A DNA stretch of 64,000 nt, taken from Candidatus Parvarchaeum acidophilus ARMAN-5. Its GTDB lineage: Archaea; Nanobdellota; Nanobdellia; Parvarchaeales; Parvarchaeaceae. Under the pieces are notes generated by a model that saw nothing but the letters and a program-made list of their open reading frames with translations, ran no database searches and had not been told where the DNA came from. Position 1 is the first letter of the stretch. Each line of letters begins with the position of its first letter. The stretch is taken from assembly GCA_002412085.1 (NCBI GenBank), contig GG745546.1, forward strand, positions 1,390 through 65,389, read 5' to 3'. Positions 9,558 to 19,797 of the stretch are shown here, piece after piece. A program made the translations under genes and the position numbers.

Positions 9558-10548
9558 AAAATGAAAGCGAGCTATCTTCTCTTTTTATTCTTTGGAGTGA
9601 AGCGCTCATACGCTCCTCGGAAAAACCATGTTCTTTACACATAAATTCGACTAGTTTTTCTTTTTGCATAGAACCTAATTTCAAATCATTTTGTACTTCT
9701 ACAGTATCTGGAGTTAGAAAGTACTGAAAAACCTCTTTTATATCATAATCAGACCTAAAGTCATAACTTTCCAGCAGTTTTTCGACTGAGTTTTCTTTTA
9801 CAAGATTTAGAGCTTTTCTAGGGCCTATCCCGTCTACACCTTTATTATAATCCGTACCTGTAAACAGCGCTACGACGATCATCTTTTCCCGGTCTACCCC
9901 TAGTTTCTTTAAATTATAATCTGATTCTATTATTTCAGGATTTACCTGTACCGTTATGCCTTTTCTGCTAATCTTTCTTTTGTTGTTTATGTTCAGATTC
10001 CTTATCACGCGTTTAGCCCCGAATAATATAGTGTCATAATCCTGTGATGCAGCTGCATAAACTAAACCTTTGCCGCTCATCCACGCGGCTTGGGCCTCTC
10101 CTTCTGCAGGAGCCTGTACATACTTTACTCCCATATAATCAAGAAGCTCCTTCGATGAAGCCACTATATAATCGTCTATTCTTGAAAGCCTGCGCATATA
10201 CATTGCTCTTTCTTCTTGTGTAACGGCGTTTTCTGCCTTTATCCTTGCTTCTTCCTTTATGCTTTCTCGTTCCTTCAACGTTTCCTTTTTGAAACGTGGT
10301 GCCTTGCCGTCAAATACGAAAACAGGGTTTATTCCGTTCTCCAGCATTGAAATACACCTATAGAATATCCCATTTAGATGCGTGGTTACTCTGCCTTTAG
10401 AATCCGTAAGATAAGAACCATCCGCAAGTCTTATAGTAGTAAGAAACTGAAATATCCAGTTAAATGCATCTATAGCTATAGTCTTTCCGGATAACTCTTG
10501 CATCTTTATGCTCCTTCCCTCAAAGATGCCATTAAACTTTACTCCCAT
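9550..10548 (-). CDS. fen: Flap endonuclease 1.
   Basis: MGVKF...LSGKTIAIDAFNWIFQFL...GINPVFVFDGKAP is the canonical FEN-1 N/I domain. Confidence 0.9.
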   Translation of the reverse strand: MGVKFNGIFEGRSIKMQELSGKTIAIDAFNWIFQFLTTIRLADGSYLTDSKGRVTTHLNGIFYRCISMLENGINPVFVFDGKAPRFKKETLKERESIKEEARIKAENAVTQEERAMYMRRLSRIDDYIVASSKELLDYMGVKYVQAPAEGEAQAAWMSGKGLVYAAASQDYDTILFGAKRVIRNLNINNKRKISRKGITVQVNPEIIESDYNLKKLGVDREKMIVVALFTGTDYNKGVDGIGPRKALNLVKENSVEKLLESYDFRSDYDIKEVFQYFLTPDTVEVQNDLKLGSMQKEKLVEFMCKEHGFSEERMSASLQRIKREDSSLSFYD

Positions 10549-10568
10549 AGTTAAATTAAGATCTGTGA

Positions 10569-11459
10569 TTAAAGTGTAGTAACTGTAACTTTTCCGTCAT
10601 CAAAAAGAAATGAATGTTCAAATTGTGCAACCATCCCATTATCTTTCTCTTTTAATACGTTGAATTCATTTAGAGCGCCGTTGGCGACTAAAGCCTTAAG
10701 CTCCATATCCGCCAATCTTCCGAATTTGTTCATTATCCATCTTTTTGCAAACGGTAATTCGTGGTACTCCTCTTCTATGAATTTCAATATTTCTCTTCCC
10801 AAAGAACTTCTTACATTCTTGGATTTAATTAAAGATAATATCTGGACCTCTGAACTGTCTATTACATAACCACCACCGGTTGTTGCGAAAGGCTCGACTG
10901 CCACTATACCTTCTTTTCTAAGGTAAGACTCGGAATAATTCCTAGCATTTGCTATGAACTCACCTTCATGTAGACTGTACTTCCCAACACCATGTCCACC
11001 TAAATTTACTATCGGCGAAAAACCTGCTTTCCTTATAGTATCTTCTATAACCGAACTTATCTCTATTATAGGCATGCCCGGTTTTATTATCCGCATTACA
11101 GAGTCTAACGCATCTTTTGCAGACTTCACTAATGGATTTTCGCCTACACCCACTACTGTAGTAGCTGCAGTATCGGATAAGTAACCATCCACGCTTGCTC
11201 CAACGTCTATCTTGATTATATCTCCTTCTTTTAATTCTGTTTTATCTTCAAATTTTGGAGTATAATGCGCAGCTATCTGGTTTATCGAAAGATTTGGTGG
11301 AAAAGATGGTTTTGCACCCATTTCCTGTGTTTTCTTTTCTATTGCTTCCGCTATATCTATAAGTTTTGTCCCTGGCTTGCACATTGAAATTCCTAATTCA
11401 CGGACTTCTTTGCCTATTGTTCCAGCAAGAATCCATTTTTCTCGCTCTTCTTTTTCCAT
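10569..11459 (-). CDS. map: Methionine aminopeptidase, type 2.
   Basis: Pita-bread fold motifs (GDIIKIDVGASVDGY, HGVGKYSLHEG). Length 296 aa. Confidence 0.9.
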   Translation of the reverse strand: MEKEEREKWILAGTIGKEVRELGISMCKPGTKLIDIAEAIEKKTQEMGAKPSFPPNLSINQIAAHYTPKFEDKTELKEGDIIKIDVGASVDGYLSDTAATTVVGVGENPLVKSAKDALDSVMRIIKPGMPIIEISSVIEDTIRKAGFSPIVNLGGHGVGKYSLHEGEFIANARNYSESYLRKEGIVAVEPFATTGGGYVIDSSEVQILSLIKSKNVRSSLGREILKFIEEEYHELPFAKRWIMNKFGRLADMELKALVANGALNEFNVLKEKDNGMVAQFEHSFLFDDGKVTVTTL

Positions 11460-12014
11460 TCACTCTATAATATATTCTTTATCTATAAAACTTCTTACTT
11501 TGTCAAGAAAAGACTCGCTTAGACCCTTATTATCCAATACAACCATTACAAGCTTGTTTTTTTTCTCTCTTGCGATGGAGGAAGTGAAATGTATAAACCT
11601 AAGTATCTCATTTTCTGAATTATATATCATAAGAGATGTTATCGAGTCTATTACAACAAAAACCGTATTTTTGTGCTTTCTGAAAAGATCCTCAAGGTTT
11701 ATGCTTATTTCTGTTAGATTCCCAGGTGATCTTATAAAAATGTTTTTATCATTATTTTGCACTGAATCGGTTATGCTTGCGGTCACTGTGTCTATTATAA
11801 GATAATCTTCAAGCTCCGCATCTTCAACCCTTTCGATTAGAACCTTTGCCGGAAGACTTGCCGTAACATAAATAAGTTTTAAACCGTTGTTTTTTATAAC
11901 TGAAAAAAGTTGAGGCGAAAGTTTATCTAGTTTTTCTCTCTCTTTCACAAATAACATTCCTACGCCATCGTTGGTTAGTTTTTCTATAAAATCTGAGTTT
12001 ATTGATTTGTCCAT
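11460..12014 (-). CDS. RecA/KaiC-superfamily domain protein lacking a Walker A P-loop (DUF835-like).
   Basis: The VVIDSITSLM...LVMVV core is typical of RadB/KaiC, but no GxxxxGK[ST] is present. Confidence 0.35.
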   Translation of the reverse strand: MDKSINSDFIEKLTNDGVGMLFVKEREKLDKLSPQLFSVIKNNGLKLIYVTASLPAKVLIERVEDAELEDYLIIDTVTASITDSVQNNDKNIFIRSPGNLTEISINLEDLFRKHKNTVFVVIDSITSLMIYNSENEILRFIHFTSSIAREKKNKLVMVVLDNKGLSESFLDKVRSFIDKEYIIE

Positions 12015-12071
12015 ATAAAAAGTATTACTATACCTATTCTTATATATTTATATTAAGTTTATATGCTTTCA

Positions 12072-14390
12072 TTAGAAAAAACCCGATAAAGAATTGTCTC
12101 TCCTGCCGACTATGTCTTCATCTGAATAACCCAAAACCTCAAATATGTGCAAAACCGAAGGTAGTACCTGTTTATTGATGTAATAATCTGGATCATACTT
12201 TATTCCATTTTTTCTAGCTATATCGTAAAGTACTGCTTTATCTGAGACACGGTCACTGTCTTTTCCTTTTGCGATTATATATTTTATAGTATCGCCGTTC
12301 GAGAATTTCATGCCGCTTTTTTCTACCGCAGATATATGCCTGCTTGTTTGTGTATATGATGAAGGATCTTTCCTGAGCCTTGTGAGTATCGCTAAGTCCT
12401 CCATATTTGCATTTCCTTCTTTTATCGTTTTTATTGTGTTCTTTACAAGCCCCATTGCGCCTTCTATATCGTTATCCACCAGTATTTTTTTTAGAACTTC
12501 TTTTTGAAGATTTTTTGCTATTATTGCCCAGTCTCTTCTAACAGACTGAAAACCTTTTATGAGCAGATTTCCGTTAAAATCGACCATCGCATACTTTTTC
12601 TTTGCGCCTATTCCTCCTTTGGCACTTACAAATATCGCCCTTAAATAAAAATCTTGAAGCTCGAGCTCCATCGGCTTTGGTAAACTTGAATTTATGTCTG
12701 ATATAAATGAATTTACCTTGTCTTTTTCTACACCGAATTCAAAAAATGCAGAATCCGTATCCGCATATAAAACTTTAAAACCAACATTTTGAGCAGATGA
12801 TATAACCTGCTGTACATATTGTCTTCCCAGGGCCGTAGTGGCACCTGCACAATCAAAACAATACCATCTTGAATTGTAGTATCCTAAATTCCCGTAAAAG
12901 CCGTTTGCTATTAACTTAAGCACCAAGACCCTTGCCTTTAGTCTGCTGTTATCCTTTTCGATCTTAAGCCTGTCCTTTGCATCAAACCTAAGGCGTATGA
13001 CTTCATTCAATACCGCTGGTATAAGCCCGACTCTTTCCTTTTTGTCTAGGAACTCTGCTTTTCCTCCAACGTATTTTATAGTTGATGGACATATATTGTG
13101 TGAAACTATTATACTCGGATAAAGGCTTCTAAAATCAACAACGGCGATATTTTCATACAACCCTGGAGTCGGCTGAAAAACGAATGCACCGGTATTTACT
13201 TTATGCATTCTGTCATTAATCTGAAAGTCAGAAGGTTTGTTTGGTATCAATTCGTTTATAGCCAAAGCTTTCTTCATTACCAGATTTTCGACGACTGCAC
13301 CCGTAGTCATTCTTGAAATATCGGATAATGTCTGGCCTACTAGTTTATTTAATTCGGCAAGAAGAGGTAGAACCGCATAGAATATATCCAAAGTTATTTT
13401 CGAATCTTGCACGCAGTAACTGCATAAAGTTGAAGCGAGTTCACGGTTATTAAAGACTTCAGTTATCTTATCCCAATCGAATTCTCCTTTTTTATCTCCT
13501 ATTAACTCAGATGCTACGGCTCTTAAAGTAAGTGTCTCTGTTTTAAGATTATATATAGAGTATATGTGGCGTATGAAATTTAATATATCAATATGCGCTA
13601 TTCCGTTTATCTCTGCTACTTTTCTCTTTTCGCCTTTTATCTTAAGTTCGAAACCGTTTAACCTAAAATCTACGCCGAGGATCCTTGATCTTTCATGTAT
13701 GTAAGGCATATCAAAAGAATCAGAATTATATCCTATAATTACATTGAATTTATTTGAAGATAGATACTCAGAAAGTTTTAAAAGCAAGTCCTTTTCGTCT
13801 TTTGCTTTTATAATATTTTCTCCTTCTGCATCTAGCCAGGTTATGCACTTGCTCTCTTTACTGCTGACAATTGATACAGCTAGTATCGGATCTACCTTCG
13901 CGTTTGGAAAGGCTCTCTTTGTATAAGTCTCTATATCAAGTGCCGCCGCCCTTATAGGAAATTCACCGACGCCTTTACTGGATATTTTCTTTATGTAATC
14001 CCCGTTTCTTTCTATTTCAAGGATAGAATGACTGCCAATATCTTTGTCTAAAAGATATCTTTTGTAAAACGGAATATCTGCTTCATATGTACTCAAACCC
14101 GTCTGCTTTATTTTAGGTATGTCTTCCGGTAGCTTAGTGTAAACTTTAATAACTTCGGATTTTTTACCCAAGTTATACTTTTCTACTTTTTCAAAATGGT
14201 CTACAAAAGAAAGACCTCCTATTGTTTTACTAAAACTATCGATATCCGTATCTACATAACAGTAAGGCTTAAAAGTATTATCATAGAATATTCTCAGTTC
14301 AGAATCGATATTGACACAGAATAATCTTATAACAGGAGAACCATCTATAACGGTATAATCGGCATCAACTAAAAAATATTCCTCAGCCAT
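12072..14390 (-). CDS. polB: DNA polymerase, family B.
   Basis: Exonuclease and polymerase motifs, including YADTDS (motif C) and FYGN-type motif A. Length 772 aa. No intein. Confidence 0.9.
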   Translation of the reverse strand: MAEEYFLVDADYTVIDGSPVIRLFCVNIDSELRIFYDNTFKPYCYVDTDIDSFSKTIGGLSFVDHFEKVEKYNLGKKSEVIKVYTKLPEDIPKIKQTGLSTYEADIPFYKRYLLDKDIGSHSILEIERNGDYIKKISSKGVGEFPIRAAALDIETYTKRAFPNAKVDPILAVSIVSSKESKCITWLDAEGENIIKAKDEKDLLLKLSEYLSSNKFNVIIGYNSDSFDMPYIHERSRILGVDFRLNGFELKIKGEKRKVAEINGIAHIDILNFIRHIYSIYNLKTETLTLRAVASELIGDKKGEFDWDKITEVFNNRELASTLCSYCVQDSKITLDIFYAVLPLLAELNKLVGQTLSDISRMTTGAVVENLVMKKALAINELIPNKPSDFQINDRMHKVNTGAFVFQPTPGLYENIAVVDFRSLYPSIIVSHNICPSTIKYVGGKAEFLDKKERVGLIPAVLNEVIRLRFDAKDRLKIEKDNSRLKARVLVLKLIANGFYGNLGYYNSRWYCFDCAGATTALGRQYVQQVISSAQNVGFKVLYADTDSAFFEFGVEKDKVNSFISDINSSLPKPMELELQDFYLRAIFVSAKGGIGAKKKYAMVDFNGNLLIKGFQSVRRDWAIIAKNLQKEVLKKILVDNDIEGAMGLVKNTIKTIKEGNANMEDLAILTRLRKDPSSYTQTSRHISAVEKSGMKFSNGDTIKYIIAKGKDSDRVSDKAVLYDIARKNGIKYDPDYYINKQVLPSVLHIFEVLGYSDEDIVGRRDNSLSGFF

Positions 14391-14404
14391 TGTTAATTAT
14401 ATCA

Positions 14405-16174
14405 CTAGGAATAAAAAAGCTTGTCTACTTTGTTGTTACCCGACTTAGCAAGATTTCTTGGATGATCTGGATCTATATGCTTTGATACAGAAACATAATA
14501 AGCCAGCAATTGTGATATTATTACTTGTGGAACGAAGCTGAATATACCTGCTGACTGAGACCTTATAAAAGAATCGAAAATATCTAATCTTTCGTTGGCT
14601 ATCCCTATTATCTTCCCATTTCTTGCCTTTATTTCTTTCAGGTTATTTATTTCTAATTCTTTAAATCTATCTGACACGTTTGCTATTGAATAAGTTCCTT
14701 TTGATATAAGAGCTAAGGGCCCATGCTTGAAAGTAGCGGAATCTATAGCCTCTGCGTGTATATATGAGATTTCTTTCATCTTCAAAGAAGCTTCTAGTGC
14801 CGATATATAATCATTGCCCCTGCCCAAGAAAAACAGGTTAGTTTCTTTCTTTATTTCTGATGCGGTTTTCTTTATAGCGTCATAAACCGAGGGTACGAAT
14901 AAATTGTAAAGGTTTATATCCAATAATTTCAGATCATTTACCGCCTCTGTTTCCTGATTTATAGAAAACATAGATATCAAAGTTGCAAGTATAGCAGATA
15001 TAATGAAAGTCTTTGTTGCTGCTACTCCTTTTTCATGCCCTGCATTCATATTTATGAAATAATCCACAGAGTTCGATAGCGTAGATCCCTCTGTATTTAT
15101 TATCCCTATCTTTTTGTTGTTTTTTATGAGAGGCAGGGCTTCGATTATATCCATTGTCTCTCCGCTCTGGGATATTAACATTATTACATCTTCATCTGTT
15201 ATCAATTTTGAATAATTATACAAATCCTGCGGCTGTAATGCTGTCGCATCTCTGCCGAAGTCTCTAAGTATATTAGCAGCCATCAATCCTGCATGAAATG
15301 AACTTCCAGAACCAATGATGTATATTTTTTTTGCAAGTGACATTATAGAAGCAGGTTCTCTTAAATAAGAAATATCGGAATTTGCAAGCTTTGTTATAAG
15401 TTCATGCTGTTCCAGTATTTCTTTTATCATAAAATGTTTGTTCTTGCCCTTGTCAACGTCTTTTGGTGAAAAATTAACTATGTTTACTTTATGTGAACTG
15501 CTGTTAGACTTTAGAACCTTAAAACCAGTGGTATTTATTGAAACGACGTCACCGTCAAAAAGATAAACTACTTTGTTTGTGTAGTTTAGAAATGAAGGAA
15601 CATCGCTTGAAACAAACACACCTTTGTCCCTTATGCCCAATACTAATGGTGAACCGTTCTTTACTGCCACTAGACTATCACTATCTGAATTCATTGCTAC
15701 AAACGAAGAAAAACCTTTTATTTTGTTGGATACGGAAACTACAGAATCCTCAAAACTCTTTCCATTAGCCATCTCTTCCTCTATCATGTGAGGTAAAACT
15801 TCCGTATCAGTATCTGATATAAATGAATGGTTTTGCATGTCTTTTTTAAGATCGGAGAAATTCTCTATTATGCCGTTATGCACTACGGCTATTTTTCCGG
15901 AACAATCCGCCAGAGGATGAGCATTTTCCTTGGTAACACCGCCGTTTGTAGCCCATCTTGTATGTGCCATGCTCATGCTGGATAAACGCTTGTCTATACT
16001 CTGCCCGGCTATGACTTTATTAATCCTTCCTATGTCTTTTAAGATCTCTATCTTATTTCCAGTCTTTATAGCACAGCCAAAGCTGTCATAACCCCTATAT
16101 TCTAGGCCTTTTATACCGTCTAAAACAAGAGGAATTGAATTCTCGCTGCCTACATACCCTATAATTCCACACAT
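14405..16174 (-). CDS. glmS: Glutamine--fructose-6-phosphate aminotransferase.
   Basis: MCGIIGY N-terminal nucleophile amidotransferase start plus two SIS domains. Length 589 aa. Confidence 0.9.
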   Translation of the reverse strand: MCGIIGYVGSENSIPLVLDGIKGLEYRGYDSFGCAIKTGNKIEILKDIGRINKVIAGQSIDKRLSSMSMAHTRWATNGGVTKENAHPLADCSGKIAVVHNGIIENFSDLKKDMQNHSFISDTDTEVLPHMIEEEMANGKSFEDSVVSVSNKIKGFSSFVAMNSDSDSLVAVKNGSPLVLGIRDKGVFVSSDVPSFLNYTNKVVYLFDGDVVSINTTGFKVLKSNSSSHKVNIVNFSPKDVDKGKNKHFMIKEILEQHELITKLANSDISYLREPASIMSLAKKIYIIGSGSSFHAGLMAANILRDFGRDATALQPQDLYNYSKLITDEDVIMLISQSGETMDIIEALPLIKNNKKIGIINTEGSTLSNSVDYFINMNAGHEKGVAATKTFIISAILATLISMFSINQETEAVNDLKLLDINLYNLFVPSVYDAIKKTASEIKKETNLFFLGRGNDYISALEASLKMKEISYIHAEAIDSATFKHGPLALISKGTYSIANVSDRFKELEINNLKEIKARNGKIIGIANERLDIFDSFIRSQSAGIFSFVPQVIISQLLAYYVSVSKHIDPDHPRNLAKSGNNKVDKLFYS

Positions 16175-16318
16175 AAAAGTAAGTCAATGTTTTGTAAGAT
16201 GAAAACTTATATTTAAAGGTTTAATAACTTTATGTGCTATACATTTATTAGGCAGAAAAACCGAAAACTGCCATAATGCAAAAAGAGTTAAATACTTAAA
16301 TCAGCTTAATCTCTATAA

Positions 16319-17245
16319 TTGTTTATGAAAGAATACATTCTTAAAATTGAAGACGAAGGATATTTTGTGAATGACACAAAGGTTATACCTGAAATATCCG
16401 ATATAAAAAAAATCGCGGATGAAAAAGCTATTGCTATAATGAAGAAAATATCGAAAAAACCTTATAAAGTCGGAGCATTATCAAAAGAACTTAAAATTGA
16501 CAAGAAAGCAATGGCATTATATGTTTCTGGTCTGGAAAAAGCAGGTCTTATAGAAGTAGAAGAAAAGAAAAACGATAAAGTCCTAAAGTCCATTTATAAT
16601 TCATTCTCATATGAAATAAATCAGAATAGGGTAAAGTTTGACCCGAGGCTTCAGAAGAAAGACAATCAATACGCTTTGAATTTCTTCAGCAAGTTCATTA
16701 GCAATGGTAAATTTGACGGATACATATGCGTCGGTGCACCTGATCCCCACGGAGAATACAAATCCGTAGCAAAGGATGCACACTTTGCAACATACCTTGG
16801 TATGTTTTTCGGACAGTTTATAGATTTACCAAGTTCTCTTCCTATCCTTTTGGATACAGATGTAATATCTAGGAACCTATTTAAGAAGAATCTTATAATA
16901 ATTGGAGGCCCTGTTACAAATCTAGTTACAAGAGATATAAACAATTTTCTGCCCATAAAATTCATAAAGGAAGAAGGATGGGGCCTCAAGGATAAAAACG
17001 GAATACATATTAGAGACTATGAAGGAACTATAGAAAAAATAAAGAATCCTTTTGAGAAGGAGAGGGATATAATACTTATAGCAGGAGTAAAAAACATCGG
17101 TACACTGTCTGCAATGCTTGCAGCTACGAAATTTTCAAACCTTACGTTCAAAGGATACAACAATGAAGCCCCTTGGAGTATGATGGTAAGAGGGTATGAT
17201 ATAGACGGAGACGGGCAGATAGATTCAATAGAAACGGTAAAATGA
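16319..17245 (+). CDS. Winged-helix (MarR/TrmB-like) N-terminal domain fused to an uncharacterised C-terminal alpha/beta domain.
   Basis: The N-terminal ~90 aa look like a wHTH (KVGALSKELKIDKKAMALYVSGLEKAGLIEV). The C-terminal domain carries GAPDPHGEY / IIIGGPVTN motifs. Confidence 0.35.
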   Translation: MFMKEYILKIEDEGYFVNDTKVIPEISDIKKIADEKAIAIMKKISKKPYKVGALSKELKIDKKAMALYVSGLEKAGLIEVEEKKNDKVLKSIYNSFSYEINQNRVKFDPRLQKKDNQYALNFFSKFISNGKFDGYICVGAPDPHGEYKSVAKDAHFATYLGMFFGQFIDLPSSLPILLDTDVISRNLFKKNLIIIGGPVTNLVTRDINNFLPIKFIKEEGWGLKDKNGIHIRDYEGTIEKIKNPFEKERDIILIAGVKNIGTLSAMLAATKFSNLTFKGYNNEAPWSMMVRGYDIDGDGQIDSIETVK

Positions 17246-17718
17246 ACCGTTATTTCACTGCTATAGATTTACCGGAAGAAACAAAAAAATCCGTTTATTC
17301 TTATTTCTATCCGCTATTAACAAAATATTTTTATGGAAGCTTTACAACCGAAGAAAAACTTCACATAACATTGGTATTTCTAGGAGATATCGAGATTAAA
17401 AAAGAATTTATAGATTTTATAAAAGGCCTGAAAATTTCACATGATATAATCATTAAAGGAGTGGATGCTTTTCCAAATTTAGAAAATCCAAAGGTATTAT
17501 ACGCCAAGGTTAATAATGACCTTAGTCCTATAACAAAAAAGATAACCGAATTTATTGGAATCGACAACAAACAACATTTTATACCGCACATAACTTTATG
17601 CAGGATAAAAAGAATAAAAGACGCTGAATTCCATATACCTGAAAAAGAATTTACATTCCACGCAGACAAAATAGATATTTTTAACAGCGATTTTAAGAAT
17701 TATTATAAATTATCTTAG
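17242..17718 (+). CDS. thpR: 2H phosphoesterase (RNA 2',3'-cyclic phosphodiesterase / LigT-ThpR family).
   Basis: Two H-x-T/S-x motifs, HITLVFLG and HITLCRIK. Length 158 aa. Confidence 0.75.
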   Translation: MNRYFTAIDLPEETKKSVYSYFYPLLTKYFYGSFTTEEKLHITLVFLGDIEIKKEFIDFIKGLKISHDIIIKGVDAFPNLENPKVLYAKVNNDLSPITKKITEFIGIDNKQHFIPHITLCRIKRIKDAEFHIPEKEFTFHADKIDIFNSDFKNYYKLS

Positions 17719-17720
17719 TA

Positions 17721-18350
17721 TTATCTTGCACCTGGTTTCTGTCTGGTAATCGAAAAAACCACTATAAGCATGGCCATAAGCGTCAATAAAGTCGTAAGAA
17801 AGCCCGGACTTGTAAGAATAGTGAGTATATAAGTACTGCTTAAATCTCCTGGAAAAGAGGATGAAGTGGCAGCTATAGTTGAACTACTGGTAGTAGTCGA
17901 ATTTGTAGCTACTCCCAGAACACCGGGATAATTGGAGGATACCGTTCCAAAAGCTATAAGGCCAAATATAAACATCATAAATATGACCATAGCAGGTATC
18001 AAGGAACTTTTCTTAAGATAATCGGTTATAGAGCCCTGCGAAACCAATGATGCCGAAAGAAGGACTATCCCTAGAAATATAAATAATAGTATCGCTAGAA
18101 CATACGGAAGAAAAGTTATTATAAAACTTATGAAGAAAGAAGAAGTAAGGGATAACAGCCCTATTGCAAGTGCTATAAGTGCGGGTATATCCGAACTGTT
18201 AAAAAATTTAAACCTTGAAAGAAGCCCATACACTACTGCGAATATAAGTACAAAAACGATTAAATCATAAAAAGCGTATATAGGTAGACTTACCATGTTA
18301 TTTTTTTCCTCATGTATTCTTATTGGATCCGCCGCCAAAGGTGAATGCAA
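17721..18350 (-). CDS. 4-TM membrane protein, paralogue C of a tandem triplet.
   Basis: Shared architecture and N-terminal motif (FxxL/VxFAxVYGLLSRFKFF) with the next two genes. S/T-rich loop. Confidence 0.45.
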   Translation of the reverse strand: MHSPLAADPIRIHEEKNNMVSLPIYAFYDLIVFVLIFAVVYGLLSRFKFFNSSDIPALIALAIGLLSLTSSFFISFIITFLPYVLAILLFIFLGIVLLSASLVSQGSITDYLKKSSLIPAMVIFMMFIFGLIAFGTVSSNYPGVLGVATNSTTTSSSTIAATSSSFPGDLSSTYILTILTSPGFLTTLLTLMAMLIVVFSITRQKPGAR

Positions 18351-18867
18351 TAACGAATATTATTATTACACCCAATATAAGATACGCGAGATTCGGCCCT
18401 ATAAGCGAAGAGGCTATGTTTGAAAGTTCGCTGCCTACACCAGACGAAGATGGAACGAGCGCATTAGAGAATATACCTCCTCCAAGGAAAAGTATTCCTA
18501 TTGCGACTATAAACAACCATTTTGAATTACTGCCGGTTATATCGAATTTAAGAAGGCTTGCTATCATCAACATTGCCACCAGTATCAAGGCCGTAACAGC
18601 CAAAGTGGATGACATATAAACTAGAATCGGACTTACCCATGCTACGGTTACTGCAAAATAAGCTATTATAAGAGCGATTAATCCTCTGGCGCCTTTATTC
18701 TTATTATCTTTAAAATAGTCGACATTCTTTAAAACCGTACTAAGTATTGCAAGTATAAGCAGAAAAGCCAGCCAGAACTCTATAGGGTTGCTTACATTTG
18801 GAGGAGTTATGAGCTTCAGAGCGTTATCAATCTGGGAATATAGCGAGCCCACTACTGCTGTTACCAT
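18310..18867 (-). CDS. 4-TM membrane protein, paralogue B of a tandem triplet.
   Basis: Paralogue of the flanking genes (LAFLLILAILSTVLKNVDYFKD). Confidence 0.45.
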   Translation of the reverse strand: MVTAVVGSLYSQIDNALKLITPPNVSNPIEFWLAFLLILAILSTVLKNVDYFKDNKNKGARGLIALIIAYFAVTVAWVSPILVYMSSTLAVTALILVAMLMIASLLKFDITGSNSKWLFIVAIGILFLGGGIFSNALVPSSSGVGSELSNIASSLIGPNLAYLILGVIIIFVIAFTFGGGSNKNT

Positions 18868-18933
18868 GAATAATTATGAATAATAATAGTATTTATAGTT
18901 TTCTATAAATGTTTTTACTTAGAAGTATTCAAA

Positions 18934-19488
18934 TTACTTAAATAAAAAGTATGCTCCTATTATCAGAGCTATGAAGACTATTATGTAAGGAGCATAGGTG
19001 GAAAGGTTTTGTGCTACCGATTTCGTTGACAGTCCTACAAAACCAAGATTAGCTGTAAGAAGAACCCATATTATCAAACCTATTGAAACAAGAACGGCTA
19101 TTACTACAATTATTTTCCTTGCGGATTTTGCCTTCAAAAGTTCTGATGAACTTCCGTAGAGCATTGATCCTATTACCATAACCATGAATACTACTATTGC
19201 GATTATACCGACTATAGGTAAGATAAGATATGTCAGTTTCAAAGTGTAGTTAGTGGTAGCGAATATTATACCTAGTACAAAAGCGATTATTGCATCTATA
19301 TCACTCTTTCCCTTGAATATCTCACTTCTTTGAAGAACACCGTATACTATTGCAAAAACGAGTAAAAATGGGAAAAGAAATGATTCTACGCTTGAAAACA
19401 GAAGAGATACTCCTGGAGCTTGTGAAGTAAGAGTAGACGTTACATTTGTCGAATTGTTTGATGCAAACGAGACTATATTTTCAAGCAT
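18934..19488 (-). CDS. 4-TM membrane protein, paralogue A of a tandem triplet.
   Basis: Paralogue of the flanking genes (FPFLLVFAIVYGVLQRSEIFKG). Confidence 0.45.
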   Translation of the reverse strand: MLENIVSFASNNSTNVTSTLTSQAPGVSLLFSSVESFLFPFLLVFAIVYGVLQRSEIFKGKSDIDAIIAFVLGIIFATTNYTLKLTYLILPIVGIIAIVVFMVMVIGSMLYGSSSELLKAKSARKIIVVIAVLVSIGLIIWVLLTANLGFVGLSTKSVAQNLSTYAPYIIVFIALIIGAYFLFK

Positions 19489-19497
19489 ATTAATATT

Positions 19498-19797
19498 ATG
19501 ACTGTAAAGTATTTAAATAACTATATGAAAAGACAGAGAAAACCAATAATAAGAAAAAACATGCTTTTGGCTCTTTCTATAGCAGGTATTATCGTAGGCG
19601 TTGCAATAATTACTACGGTTGTAAATGGCTATCTTAAGATGGCTTCAAACAACTTCTCTTATGGAAGTGTAACGCTTGGAAATAATCTAATCGCACATCA
19701 GGAGGCATACGATGCATACATAATAGCAATAGCTGCTATCCTTACGGCTTCAAGTCTTTTCCTTCTTCTAAGGTTATTGTTTAAGAAAGGAAAGTAA
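19498..19797 (+). CDS. Small membrane protein (hypothetical).
   Basis: ORF with two predicted TM helices. The end overlaps the convergent E1-like gene. Confidence 0.25.
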   Translation: MTVKYLNNYMKRQRKPIIRKNMLLALSIAGIIVGVAIITTVVNGYLKMASNNFSYGSVTLGNNLIAHQEAYDAYIIAIAAILTASSLFLLLRLLFKKGK

